DNA of 55,723 nucleotides from an uncultured virus (IMG/VR IMGVR_UViG_3300042868_007713) (taxonomy: Duplodnaviria > Heunggongvirae > Uroviricota > Caudoviricetes), in IMG/VR virus record IMGVR_UViG_3300042868_007713. One strand, written 5' to 3'. Positions 28,988 through 37,750 of this stretch are shown in pieces. Each line of letters starts with the position of its first letter. The first letter of the stretch is position 1. The position numbers were made by a program, and so were the translations under genes. Under the pieces are notes generated by a model. That model did no database searches. It was not told where the DNA came from and worked only from the letters and a program-made list of their open reading frames with translations.

Positions 28988-29611
28988 TTATATTTTATTT
29001 ACTTGTTTAATTAAATTGTTAAGCCATTTTTTATTAGAAACTGGCAATTTCCATTGTATAGCTGCATGATCTCTAATTGTTAATTTAGCCATCAATGCAT
29101 CTGTTTCTTCTTGGTCGTCATAAGTTTCTTCAAAAACCAAAGGTTCTGAAATAACCGGTTGCTGTTTAACCTGTAAAGAATTTATAGTTTTGGTATTTGT
29201 TTGTAATAGATTATTTAAATCTATTTTTTCAAAGTCTTGTAAAGGTACAAAATATCTGAAGTATTCCCCAAAATTTCCTACTTCTTTTTTTCCAAAATAT
29301 TCGTTAATACATTCTGGACTACCTCTAAATCTGTACAAACTTCTATTAGAATCTTTTGGTGTATAATCTTCATTAACTAATTCTATATAAAAATAAGGTT
29401 CAGATATTTCTTTTTTAAACAAAGAAATATGAGGTTCATCACTCCACATAAAACTTACTTTAGGATAAAACTGTGTTGCTTGTTCTATGTCAAGTAATTC
29501 AAAAGCTGGTTCATGATAATTAATAATATCATCTATTAATTTTTTTCTATCAATTGCTGTTAATTTTTTTGTTGTAATCATTTCTGTATTTTTTGTTGTT
29601 AATTTTGCCAT
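28988..29611 (-). CDS. Hypothetical protein in the replication cluster
   Basis: 207-aa ORF translationally coupled to DnaB. Confidence 0.65.
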   Translation of the reverse strand: MAKLTTKNTEMITTKKLTAIDRKKLIDDIINYHEPAFELLDIEQATQFYPKVSFMWSDEPHISLFKKEISEPYFYIELVNEDYTPKDSNRSLYRFRGSPECINEYFGKKEVGNFGEYFRYFVPLQDFEKIDLNNLLQTNTKTINSLQVKQQPVISEPLVFEETYDDQEETDALMAKLTIRDHAAIQWKLPVSNKKWLNNLIKQVNKI

Positions 29612-30594
29612 TATGGTATCTTTTTAAATTGTATTTTATTTTTAATTGGTGTTACCGCTTCTTTAATTTCAAAATATTTCAAATCTTGTTCAAAGAATAA
29701 CATACATTGTTCTCCAAACCTATTTTTAATAAGATGAAATACTATCATACCATCTTCAACTTTAATTTTTTCAGGACCATATTCTGTAATTCCCATTAAA
29801 TCTGGTCTATTGATTAGTACAACAGCATCAGCATTTTGCATTAAAGCATCTGCTGCAAATAAATCTGATGATGTAGGATAGTTACCAACTGTACCTGAAA
29901 TTCTTCTAGTATGGTCTTCTATGGTTCTATTCATTTGTGATAAAACTATATACATACTGTCTGGTATTTTTTTCTTTAAATAAACCATTTCTGAAGATAG
30001 ATTATATAACGTCTCCATTTGACTTGTTTCATCCATACCTTTTTTTACTAACACAGAATGATCTATTGTTATTATTATAGGCTTTTTTACATGTGCATAA
30101 AACTTTAAAACTTCTTTAGTAAAGTCTTTAGCTGTCAATGGTTCTGTTACATAATATATCTGATCATTTATTTTTTTAGTATAAAATTGTTCTATTTTAC
30201 TTAAATCAGCATTATTTAACTTATCTGTAGGATGGGCACTAAATAACTTTTTCATATCCATATCTAATGGTTTAGTAAGTTCCCTAGCACCTATTACCCT
30301 GTCACCCATCTCAAATTGAAAATTTAATACACAAAAGTCTTGTCCTGGATTATTTAAATGGGCCTGGTTAATTATTTGAGATACAACACTTGTCTTACCA
30401 GAACCCGGTCTACCACCTATAATATATACACTACCCCATTCTAAACCATCCATTAATACATTATTTAATTTAGCCCATGGACTTCTTATTGATTTGATAA
30501 GTCCTAACCTTCTTTTCTTAATGTAACTTAGGGTTTCATTTCTAATATCAGATATATGTCTCCATTTTTTAGCATTTTGTTCTATACTCATCAT
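29611..30594 (-). CDS. dnaB: Replicative DnaB-like (SF4) helicase, lacking the N-terminal domain
   Basis: GGRPGSGKT, FQFEM, ITIDH, LSQMNR, QNADAVV, KNRFG. Confidence 0.88.
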   Translation of the reverse strand: MMSIEQNAKKWRHISDIRNETLSYIKKRRLGLIKSIRSPWAKLNNVLMDGLEWGSVYIIGGRPGSGKTSVVSQIINQAHLNNPGQDFCVLNFQFEMGDRVIGARELTKPLDMDMKKLFSAHPTDKLNNADLSKIEQFYTKKINDQIYYVTEPLTAKDFTKEVLKFYAHVKKPIIITIDHSVLVKKGMDETSQMETLYNLSSEMVYLKKKIPDSMYIVLSQMNRTIEDHTRRISGTVGNYPTSSDLFAADALMQNADAVVLINRPDLMGITEYGPEKIKVEDGMIVFHLIKNRFGEQCMLFFEQDLKYFEIKEAVTPIKNKIQFKKIP

Positions 30595-31163
30595 TAATAT
30601 ATTTTATACATATTTACATCTGCTTTTTCTTGTATATCTTCTCCTTCTTCAATTCTTTCATAATATTCTAGTATAGGGTAGGTGTTTATACCATTTCTTT
30701 GAACCATTATAAAATTAGAAGCTTTGTATATATATTTCTCATCCCTTTCTTCAGAAAAATATAACTGGGTGCCTTTTAGTAAAATATCCCATGTAATTTG
30801 AGGATTTTCATAAAATAGTTTAGCAAACTTAACTTTTACTTCAGCAGGTGTAGACTTTTTATTTTTAGGAAATAAACTTCTATACTGTGTTATTTTTGTC
30901 AAATAATCAACCCCCATCAAATCTATTACATTCTTGCCTTGTGTTTTTTTAAATAATGTAGCTACACTATCTAACATAATCTCACTTTTTTCAGTAAGTT
31001 TTAAATCATTTGTTAAAAAACCTGCTGCTTTTAGCATAGACATATCTAAATCTATATTATTTATTAGCACTGTTCTAATATTATTCTTAAAACAATGCAA
31101 TATATAATGTTGATTTGGAGACAACTGGTTTTTTAATAAAAAGTTATAATAATTAATTTCCAT
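30594..31163 (-). CDS. Hypothetical protein, possible replication initiator / helicase loader
   Basis: Coupled to dnaB; YRSLFPK...YIYKASNFI resembles phage replication proteins. Confidence 0.45.
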   Translation of the reverse strand: MEINYYNFLLKNQLSPNQHYILHCFKNNIRTVLINNIDLDMSMLKAAGFLTNDLKLTEKSEIMLDSVATLFKKTQGKNVIDLMGVDYLTKITQYRSLFPKNKKSTPAEVKVKFAKLFYENPQITWDILLKGTQLYFSEERDEKYIYKASNFIMVQRNGINTYPILEYYERIEEGEDIQEKADVNMYKIY

Positions 31164-31623
31164 TTATATAGCTTTTTTTAATCATTTTCTTAACTTTTTC
31201 ATTATTTGCAATAAATACATCATCATAAGATATTAATTTATCATACATTTTTAATGCATTATAAATATTTGTTCTATCAAATTTTAAATAAGTAGCAATT
31301 TCACCATGATTATATTCATTTAAATTTGCATGATAACAAAATATAGCTCTTAAATCTATTAATTCTCTTCTTCTTAACCTTGCTGTAATAGATTTTACTT
31401 CAGGGTAATCTCTTGTTAAACTTGTAGGAATAAGAGTATTAATCATACTTTCTAAATCTTCTAGCTTTAATTTAGTATAAGCTACTTTTTTACTAAATTT
31501 AATTGATGGAATGTCATTTGTTAGTTCTACAAATTTTTGTTTAAAATTGTTAATCAATTTAATTAATTGGCTTTCTTTTTCTTTTGTCATGTTGTTTTTA
31601 TTTAAAGTAATTGTAATAATCAT
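31153..31623 (-). CDS. DnaA domain IV-like HTH protein
   Basis: RRRELIDLRAIFCY...EIATYLKFDRTNIYNA resembles the DnaA C-terminal signature. True start is probably MTKEKES. Confidence 0.55.
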   Translation of the reverse strand: MIITITLNKNNMTKEKESQLIKLINNFKQKFVELTNDIPSIKFSKKVAYTKLKLEDLESMINTLIPTSLTRDYPEVKSITARLRRRELIDLRAIFCYHANLNEYNHGEIATYLKFDRTNIYNALKMYDKLISYDDVFIANNEKVKKMIKKSYINGN

Positions 31624-32140
31624 GTATATCTTCTTCTATGTCATCAGGTAATTCTTCACCTATAAAAATTTCATAAAATTCTATAGCTAAATATTTAGCC
31701 CTTCCTACAGTCATTTCATCTTTGAATATAATATCATAACGGGATGTAAAAAAATCAGATACTTCATTTTCAGATATTGGTACATCATGTCTTTTAAAAA
31801 ATTCAATACAAGCCATTTTAGCTTCTATATTGCTAATCATTTCATTATCATTAACTTGTATATCTTCATTTTCCCATGGTTTTTCTGTAATTAAATAACC
31901 ATATCTGTTAACATAATGATAACCAGGTATAATCCAAGTTTCTTCATTTTCACCATCAACAATAGTCCATACAAATTTTTTGCTTTCTTCATTGTTGGAT
32001 AAATTTACTATATATTCTAATTCTTTTCCATATGTTTCAAACATGCAACCATTATATGAAGCATCATCATCTATATGATTTTTTACTAAACCATAATTAT
32101 CTACAAATTCTTCCCAATCTATTGTTTTTATTTTATCCAT
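31598..32140 (-). CDS. Acidic hypothetical protein
   Basis: MFETYGKE...VWTIVD...GYHYVNRYGYLITEKPW. Confidence 0.65.
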   Translation of the reverse strand: MDKIKTIDWEEFVDNYGLVKNHIDDDASYNGCMFETYGKELEYIVNLSNNEESKKFVWTIVDGENEETWIIPGYHYVNRYGYLITEKPWENEDIQVNDNEMISNIEAKMACIEFFKRHDVPISENEVSDFFTSRYDIIFKDEMTVGRAKYLAIEFYEIFIGEELPDDIEEDIHDYYNYFK

Positions 32141-32499
32141 TCTAATATTTTTTTTAGTTCATTTTTTGATTTACATGCACCATAATATACAGTTTCTCCT
32201 TCATTTTGAATTAATATTTTATTATCAGAATAAAGTACAATATAAAGGTCACCTTTTTTATACTCTGATAAAGTAGTCTCTTCAAACCCTAAAGATACAA
32301 TATCATCAGAATCTAAATATTTAGTTTTTGCACTTTCTGGATATTCAATTATTCTTTTTAAAAATTCTGAATTATCTATAGTAAACAATCTCCATAAATT
32401 AGGATTAGATTTAGGTTGTGGATTACATTCACATTCATATCCAACGTATAATTCAGATATATCTGGTTGGTAATATTTATTTTTAACTTCTTGCAACAT
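32128..32499 (-). CDS. Hypothetical protein
   Basis: YYQPDISELYVGYECE...KYLDSDDIVSLGF. Confidence 0.6.
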   Translation of the reverse strand: MLQEVKNKYYQPDISELYVGYECECNPQPKSNPNLWRLFTIDNSEFLKRIIEYPESAKTKYLDSDDIVSLGFEETTLSEYKKGDLYIVLYSDNKILIQNEGETVYYGACKSKNELKKILEWIK

Positions 32500-32686
32500 A
32501 TAATCCTTTTTCTTTTAAATATTGTACAATCATATCTATACATTCCCCATCACTTAAATTATCCCCATCTTGATTAATAATATCAGACAGGTCTCTACCT
32601 ATATCATCTAACATTTTTTCAATAACTACAGAAGCTGTATTATCAGCCATTAAATCTATTTGTTCTTTTTTAAATTCTTTATTCAT
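32483..32686 (-). CDS. Hypothetical protein
   Basis: Small ORF overlapping the next gene. Confidence 0.55.
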   Translation of the reverse strand: MNKEFKKEQIDLMADNTASVVIEKMLDDIGRDLSDIINQDGDNLSDGECIDMIVQYLKEKGLYVARS

Positions 32687-32700
32687 GTTATATTATTTTT

Positions 32701-33912
32701 TTAAAAGTATAAAAATTCTTTTTTTTCTATATTTCTGTTAATAAAATTAGAAAATCTATAATCCCATTGGTCTTTTTTACGTTGAAACATTCTTTCATTT
32801 ATACTATTTGGTGATTGTATTAGTTTACCAAAATACATATCTTGTATAGATGAAAAAATACCTACAGGTTGTTCATCTGATTTTACAGTATATATATAAA
32901 AATCAACAGGTATGTTATATTGAGAAAGATTATCTATTTCTTCTTCAGTTAAATTAGAACCATCTTCTTTAGTATAAACAGATTCTGTTGCAGAATTATG
33001 TTGAATAGTTGCAACAAATTCACCTTTAGGATTAATTAAAGTGTATTCTTTTAACCAATTTTTATTATCTCTAATTAAATTTTTAAAAGTATATCCTAAA
33101 CCAGGTACTAGATAAGAATAAAATTTAGTTTTTTTTTGAAAATTAGTTAAACCATCATGTATTTGTACAGCATTCATACTTAACATGGTAGCATTTATTC
33201 TTTCATATTCTTCAATATTATCAACAATAAAATCTAAATCATTAACAGGTGCTTTAGAATATCTGTAAACAGTTTCACCTTGACCTGCAATAGCTAAACT
33301 ACCAGTAAGTTTATAGTTATAATCTTTACCTGTAAATTTATTTATTATATCTTCAGCTAATTTATTTTTTGAAACAGCTTCTTCATAATTTAACCTTCTT
33401 ATTTTATAAATATTAGGATCAATAAAATTTTGATTTTCATTTAATATATTAATTGCAATTACATTAGCAACATCTTTAATAATATTATTTTCTTTTTTTA
33501 TTCTATGTTCCCAGTTTTCAATTAAACATTCTGCAATAAGCTTACCTATAGCTTCTATTTTAACTTGTTTTTCATTATTATAAATTGGCATATACTCATC
33601 ATAAACAGATTTATATCCTGACCAATCTTTAATATTGTTTATTAAATCATTTATTAATGTATTTTCTTGACCCATTAACATTACAACTATATGAGAAACT
33701 TCTTCTGATATTGTATCCAGTTTTTTGTTTGTAGAATAGTATATGATTTTATTAAGAACATCTGTAACAGCTAAAGCATTAATTCCAAATCTTTCTTTAA
33801 AATTATCTATTTCTTTTACCTGAACACCATAAAGAGATACAAACTTTAAAAGTTTAGTATCTAATTTATTATCAGCTTCTTTTATTTCTTGAGATGTAAT
33901 TTGATATTTCAT
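32701..33912 (-). CDS. Zincin-like domain plus Pol-beta-like nucleotidyltransferase
   Basis: TISEEVSH...EAIGKLIAE in the N-terminal half; LTGSLA...NDLDF...VDFY in the C-terminal half. Confidence 0.55.
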   Translation of the reverse strand: MKYQITSQEIKEADNKLDTKLLKFVSLYGVQVKEIDNFKERFGINALAVTDVLNKIIYYSTNKKLDTISEEVSHIVVMLMGQENTLINDLINNIKDWSGYKSVYDEYMPIYNNEKQVKIEAIGKLIAECLIENWEHRIKKENNIIKDVANVIAINILNENQNFIDPNIYKIRRLNYEEAVSKNKLAEDIINKFTGKDYNYKLTGSLAIAGQGETVYRYSKAPVNDLDFIVDNIEEYERINATMLSMNAVQIHDGLTNFQKKTKFYSYLVPGLGYTFKNLIRDNKNWLKEYTLINPKGEFVATIQHNSATESVYTKEDGSNLTEEEIDNLSQYNIPVDFYIYTVKSDEQPVGIFSSIQDMYFGKLIQSPNSINERMFQRKKDQWDYRFSNFINRNIEKKEFLYF

Positions 33913-33921
33913 TTTAAATTT

Positions 33922-34086
33922 TTATATTTCATTATCATCATATATTTCAACCATTTCTTCACAATCTGCACACCAGTTTTGGTCACTATCATCATCAACC
34001 ATATCTTGTATTTTAAATGTATTAAGGTTAACCCAATATTTACTTTCTACATTTTTAGAATTGCATTTTGTACATTTATATGCCAT
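33922..34086 (-). CDS. Small zinc-ribbon protein (54 aa)
   Basis: Translated by hand: MAYKCTKC...WCADCEE, two CxxC motifs. Confidence 0.65.
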   Translation of the reverse strand: MAYKCTKCNSKNVESKYWVNLNTFKIQDMVDDDSDQNWCADCEEMVEIYDDNEI

Positions 34087-34090
34087 AATT

Positions 34091-34285
34091 TTATTTTTTA
34101 ACTATATTTTTTAATTGATTTAATATTTCTTTTTGAGTTTCACCCCAAAACATATCACATTTACCATCTTTTATAGGAGGATTTACAAAATAAGATTGAT
34201 GAAGGTCATTAGATTTAGCTGTAAATCTATAACAATTTTCTTTTAAAGGGCAATCTGTACCCTTACATTTACATATATCGGTCAT
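34091..34285 (-). CDS. Small Cys-rich hypothetical protein
   Basis: DICKCKGTDCPLKENCYRFTA...QSYF...CDMFW. Confidence 0.65.
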   Translation of the reverse strand: MTDICKCKGTDCPLKENCYRFTAKSNDLHQSYFVNPPIKDGKCDMFWGETQKEILNQLKNIVKK

Positions 34286-34305
34286 ATTTATTTTATTTTG
34301 TCTTT

Positions 34306-34356
34306 ATGTGTCATATAATATACTTTTTAGTTGTTTTTGTGTTTTATATAACACAT
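34306..34356. repeat. Intergenic inverted repeat
   Basis: atgtgtcatataa-N25-ttatataacacat, 12/13 match. Confidence 0.6.
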
Positions 34357-34553
34357 TATAATTTTTTTATTTCTCCTGTTTGAGTTTTTTTATTAAAAAA
34401 TACATTTTCACTTGGTATTATTTTTACTTCACTTTTTAATATTTTACATGGTTCGTACATATACCATATATGTTCTTTATCTGTTTCGTGAATCATTCCT
34501 ACTTCACAATATTTAGGATTTATTCCTTTTGGTTGAAAATATACTACGTTCAT
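34356..34553 (-). CDS. Hypothetical protein
   Basis: Small ORF. Confidence 0.55.
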   Translation of the reverse strand: MNVVYFQPKGINPKYCEVGMIHETDKEHIWYMYEPCKILKSEVKIIPSENVFFNKKTQTGEIKKL

Positions 34554-34555
34554 AA

Positions 34556-34774
34556 TTAATTTTTTTTATAAGTTTCATTATAGTATTGTTCAGCTGTCAT
34601 ATCATTTTTAGCTGTAACCCCTTTAGTCCAGGTGTTTAATATTTGTTGTTTTTCCATATCTAATGCTTTTTTTTGTAAATGTTCTAAATTTTTGTGCATC
34701 ATTGAACTGCTGTTAAAATATTTTTGTTTAAATAATTCATCAACTATCCATTGAACGGCTGTTTTTTCTTTCAT
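34556..34774 (-). CDS. Hypothetical protein (TAVxW...MEKQQ family; paralog of 52342-52554)
   Basis: KTAVQWIVDEL...ALDMEKQQI...AEQYYNETY. Confidence 0.65.
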   Translation of the reverse strand: MKEKTAVQWIVDELFKQKYFNSSSMMHKNLEHLQKKALDMEKQQILNTWTKGVTAKNDMTAEQYYNETYKKN

Positions 34775-34831
34775 TTTTTTATTTAAGTTTTTTAGTGTAT
34801 ATTATATGTATATATTTATAAATCTTTTGTT

Positions 34832-35158
34832 ATGGCAATATCTACTGAAAAATCAGTTATAAATTCTATAAAATCATGGTTGTTCCCATCTATGGTTACT
34901 ATTTTAAGTTATGTTTTATATGAAGACATTAAAGAAATTAAAGCAGATGTTAAGCAATTGTTAGCACAATCAGCTTCTGACCATACAGAAATAATTAATT
35001 TAAAAAGTCAAGTAAATACTTTAAATGCTAAAGTATTTGTTTATTCAGATAATAAGTCTAAAGATAGTAAATATCCATTATATAACCAAAATAATAAGCT
35101 TTTATTTATTAATCAAAATGATAAAAATAAAAATAACTATAAAAAAATAAAAATCTAA
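34832..35158 (+). CDS. Membrane protein with coiled coil, putative holin/antiholin-like
   Basis: Single hydrophobic segment WLFPSMVTILSYVLY; first gene of the lysis island. Confidence 0.5.
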   Translation: MAISTEKSVINSIKSWLFPSMVTILSYVLYEDIKEIKADVKQLLAQSASDHTEIINLKSQVNTLNAKVFVYSDNKSKDSKYPLYNQNNKLLFINQNDKNKNNYKKIKI

Positions 35159-35700
35159 TGAAAATTTTAATTAATTCTTTACATATTGCATTGTTTGTAC
35201 TAGTATTTTTATTAATGGGTTCTTGTAATCCAGTAAAAATTGTATTAAATAACAATCAAAAGTTTGAAAAAGTTGCCAAAGAAGTTGTAAAACGTGGATA
35301 TTGTATCAATGATACAGTAATTGTTGATGTAGTAAAAATAGATACATTAATCCAAAACAACTATATTACAGATACTATATCTATTACTACAAAAGATACT
35401 GTTTTAGCATCAGGAACTAGTATTTCTGTTAAAAATGACAAAGTTTATGTAAAATGTCCTCCTACTAAAAGTATTGTTCAAACACTTACTAAAAATAATT
35501 ACATTAGAGACGTTAAGTTAGAATCTATATTAAAGAAAGAAAATACTGAAAAAACAGATAGTATTAAAAATTTAAAAATAGATATTAAAGATAAAAATGT
35601 AAAAATTGTTAAAGAAACAGCAAAATTTTATATATTGTTAGCTATAGTTGCAATAGCTGTTGTTCTTTACACATTAAATAAATTTAAAAAATTATACTAA
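35158..35700 (+). CDS. Putative unimolecular spanin
   Basis: N-terminal lipoprotein signal (VFLLMGS-C), beta-rich middle, C-terminal TM helix FYILLAIVAIAVVLYTL followed by a basic tail. Confidence 0.6.
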   Translation: MKILINSLHIALFVLVFLLMGSCNPVKIVLNNNQKFEKVAKEVVKRGYCINDTVIVDVVKIDTLIQNNYITDTISITTKDTVLASGTSISVKNDKVYVKCPPTKSIVQTLTKNNYIRDVKLESILKKENTEKTDSIKNLKIDIKDKNVKIVKETAKFYILLAIVAIAVVLYTLNKFKKLY

Positions 35701-35701
35701 T

Positions 35702-35962
35702 ATGAACTTTAAACAATGGATAATTGATTTATTTAAAGATGAAAGAGGATCTACATCAGTTAAACCCGTAGTAGCATTTACTGGAACATTATTTTTATGT
35801 GTAACTATGACATTAAATAGTTATTCACATAAAGATTTTGAACCAGCAGAATCATTAGTTAATGCTGTTTTAGTTATCACTGCTATTGGCATGGGTGCTG
35901 ATACAATAGATAAATTTACTAAAAAATCAAACAATACAACTGAAGATAATGGCAACATCTAG
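35702..35962 (+). CDS. Putative holin (2 TM helices)
   Basis: 86 aa; two hydrophobic helices and a charged C-terminus; in the lysis cluster. Confidence 0.6.
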   Translation: MNFKQWIIDLFKDERGSTSVKPVVAFTGTLFLCVTMTLNSYSHKDFEPAESLVNAVLVITAIGMGADTIDKFTKKSNNTTEDNGNI

Positions 35963-36260
35963 AAAAACACCGGTTAAACCTAAAACTAAAAGTACTGTTA
36001 AAGAAACAGTTGAAACTGCAACAGAAGCTGTAAAACTTCCTGTTAGTTTTAATCAATTTAGAAAATACCCTGTAGCTGCTGTGGCTTTTTTATGTATTAT
36101 TGGTATAGTTTATTTATACAAAGACAAGCAAAAATCAGAAGTTAAAGGAATTGATAACTGTTTAGAACAAACTATGAAATTAGAGAAGAAAATTGATTTC
36201 AAAGATTCTATAATATTAAATTTAATAACTCAACAAGCTATAATCAATGCCACAAATTAA
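35949..36260 (+). CDS. Single-TM membrane protein of the lysis cluster
   Basis: PVAAVAFLCIIGIVYLY followed by a coiled coil. Confidence 0.55.
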   Translation: MATSRKTPVKPKTKSTVKETVETATEAVKLPVSFNQFRKYPVAAVAFLCIIGIVYLYKDKQKSEVKGIDNCLEQTMKLEKKIDFKDSIILNLITQQAIINATN

Positions 36261-36576
36261 AATAACATTAATTATTGGTATAGTAATTTTACTAATTGCT
36301 ATTACAACAATAGGTCAAAAATCAATATCTAATAAAAATAAAAATTCTAACCATATTAATATGGATAGTTTAATAAAAGTGACGATAGAAAAAAATGAAA
36401 AAACAATTACAAAACGAATTGGTGAACTTAAAAATGCTGAAAAAGCTGCTGACAGCCTTTCCAGTGTTGTTACCGTTCTTAAAAAAGAAAATCAACAATT
36501 ACATGAAAGCATTTCTAACAGTACTTTTTCTGATAGTGCTGACAAATTTGAGTTATTGCCAATATCCGAAGACTAA
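36247..36576 (+). CDS. Putative i-spanin-like protein
   Basis: N-terminal TM helix and periplasmic coiled coil; its 3' end is overlapped by the next gene. Confidence 0.5.
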   Translation: MPQIKITLIIGIVILLIAITTIGQKSISNKNKNSNHINMDSLIKVTIEKNEKTITKRIGELKNAEKAADSLSSVVTVLKKENQQLHESISNSTFSDSADKFELLPISED

Positions 36577-36919
36577 GGTTATTGATGGTGAAAAAATTGT
36601 AATGCTTACTAAAGTACAAGCTGATGATATTAATTTAAAGTTTGTTAAATTTAAAAGCATAATTGATTCTCAAAAAATTGAATTATCAAAACCTGTTAAA
36701 ATAGATACAGTTGTTATCATTAAAGATGATACAGCTGTAACTAAATGGAAAACTTATTATAAAGGTAAGTTAAAAGAATGTTATGATGCTAACATTGGTT
36801 TAACTAAATGGTATGAAGAAACTCAAAAAACTGCTATGTTTTTAGATACCTGCAATTATAGAAGGTTTAGAAAAAAATACAAAGAGTTAGAAAAAATTAG
36901 AAAAAATAGATATAATTAA
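36503..36919 (+). CDS. Exported protein, putative o-spanin-like partner
   Basis: Start moved to MKAFLTVLFLIVLTNLSYCQ (signal peptide); overlaps the upstream gene by 74 nt. Confidence 0.45.
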   Translation: MKAFLTVLFLIVLTNLSYCQYPKTKVIDGEKIVMLTKVQADDINLKFVKFKSIIDSQKIELSKPVKIDTVVIIKDDTAVTKWKTYYKGKLKECYDANIGLTKWYEETQKTAMFLDTCNYRRFRKKYKELEKIRKNRYN

Positions 36920-36921
36920 TT

Positions 36922-37743
36922 ATGTTATTAAAAAATGGATCTTCTGGAGCAGAAGTAAAACAACTTCAAACAAAATTAGGCTTAGCTGCTGATGGAATAT
37001 TTGGTAATGGTACAGAAGCTAAAGTAAAAGAATGGCAAGCTGCTAATGGATTAACTGCTGATGGTATAGTAGGGGATGCTACATGGTCTAAAATGTTTGG
37101 ATCAACACCAACACCTGTAGTTGCTACTACAATACCAGCATCTGATTTTAAATTAGCTAACCTAAAAGGACATCTTCCTGATGCAGTAATTGCACAAATT
37201 CCTGATACAGCAAAGAAATTTAACATAACTAATCCTTTAAGATTAGCTCATTTCTTAGCACAATGTGGTCATGAATCTGCCGGTTTTAAAGCTGTATCTG
37301 AAAATTTAAACTATTCAGCTGATGGTTTAGTTAAAATATTTGGTAAATACTTTAATTCTGCTACAGCTGCTGCATATGCACGTCAACCAGAAAAAATTGC
37401 ATCTAAAGTTTATGCTAATAGAATGAGTAATGGTGATGAAGCTTCTAAAGATGGTTGGAAATTCCGTGGAAGAGGTTACATTCAATTAACTGGTAAAGCT
37501 AATTATACTGGATTTACTAAATTTATTGGAGAAGACTGTGTTGCTAACCCTGATTTAGTTGCTACTAAATATCCTTTAGCTTCAGCAGCATTCTTCTTTG
37601 ATTCTAATAAACTTTGGTCTATTTGTGATTTAGGTGCATCAGATGATGTTGTTACTAAAGTTACTAAAAGAGTAAATGGAGGTACTATTGGTTTAGCTGA
37701 TAGAATTAAACACTTTAAAGAATATTATTCATTATTAAAATAA
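36922..37743 (+). CDS. Endolysin: N-terminal peptidoglycan-binding domain plus GH19 catalytic domain
   Basis: LKNGSSG..V..LQ..L...DGIFG..T and DGIVG..TW (PG_binding_1); LAHFLAQCGHES, GRGYIQLTGKANY, VTKRVNGG. Confidence 0.92.
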   Translation: MLLKNGSSGAEVKQLQTKLGLAADGIFGNGTEAKVKEWQAANGLTADGIVGDATWSKMFGSTPTPVVATTIPASDFKLANLKGHLPDAVIAQIPDTAKKFNITNPLRLAHFLAQCGHESAGFKAVSENLNYSADGLVKIFGKYFNSATAAAYARQPEKIASKVYANRMSNGDEASKDGWKFRGRGYIQLTGKANYTGFTKFIGEDCVANPDLVATKYPLASAAFFFDSNKLWSICDLGASDDVVTKVTKRVNGGTIGLADRIKHFKEYYSLLK

Positions 37744-37750
37744 AAAAATT

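Noticed and set aside
1062..33912. Two ORFs of identical length (403 aa) at 1062 and 32701 as a duplication
   Set aside because: No visible sequence similarity; coincidence.
34795..34831. TATATTTA / AT-rich motif as the late promoter of the lysis island (similar motif at 48967-48974, minus strand)
   Set aside because: Plausible, but indistinguishable from background in such AT-rich DNA without more examples.
36395..36502. Longer start for the 36395-36919 ORF
   Set aside because: The signal peptide begins at the ATG at 36503; the upstream part is an off-frame overlap with 36247-36576.
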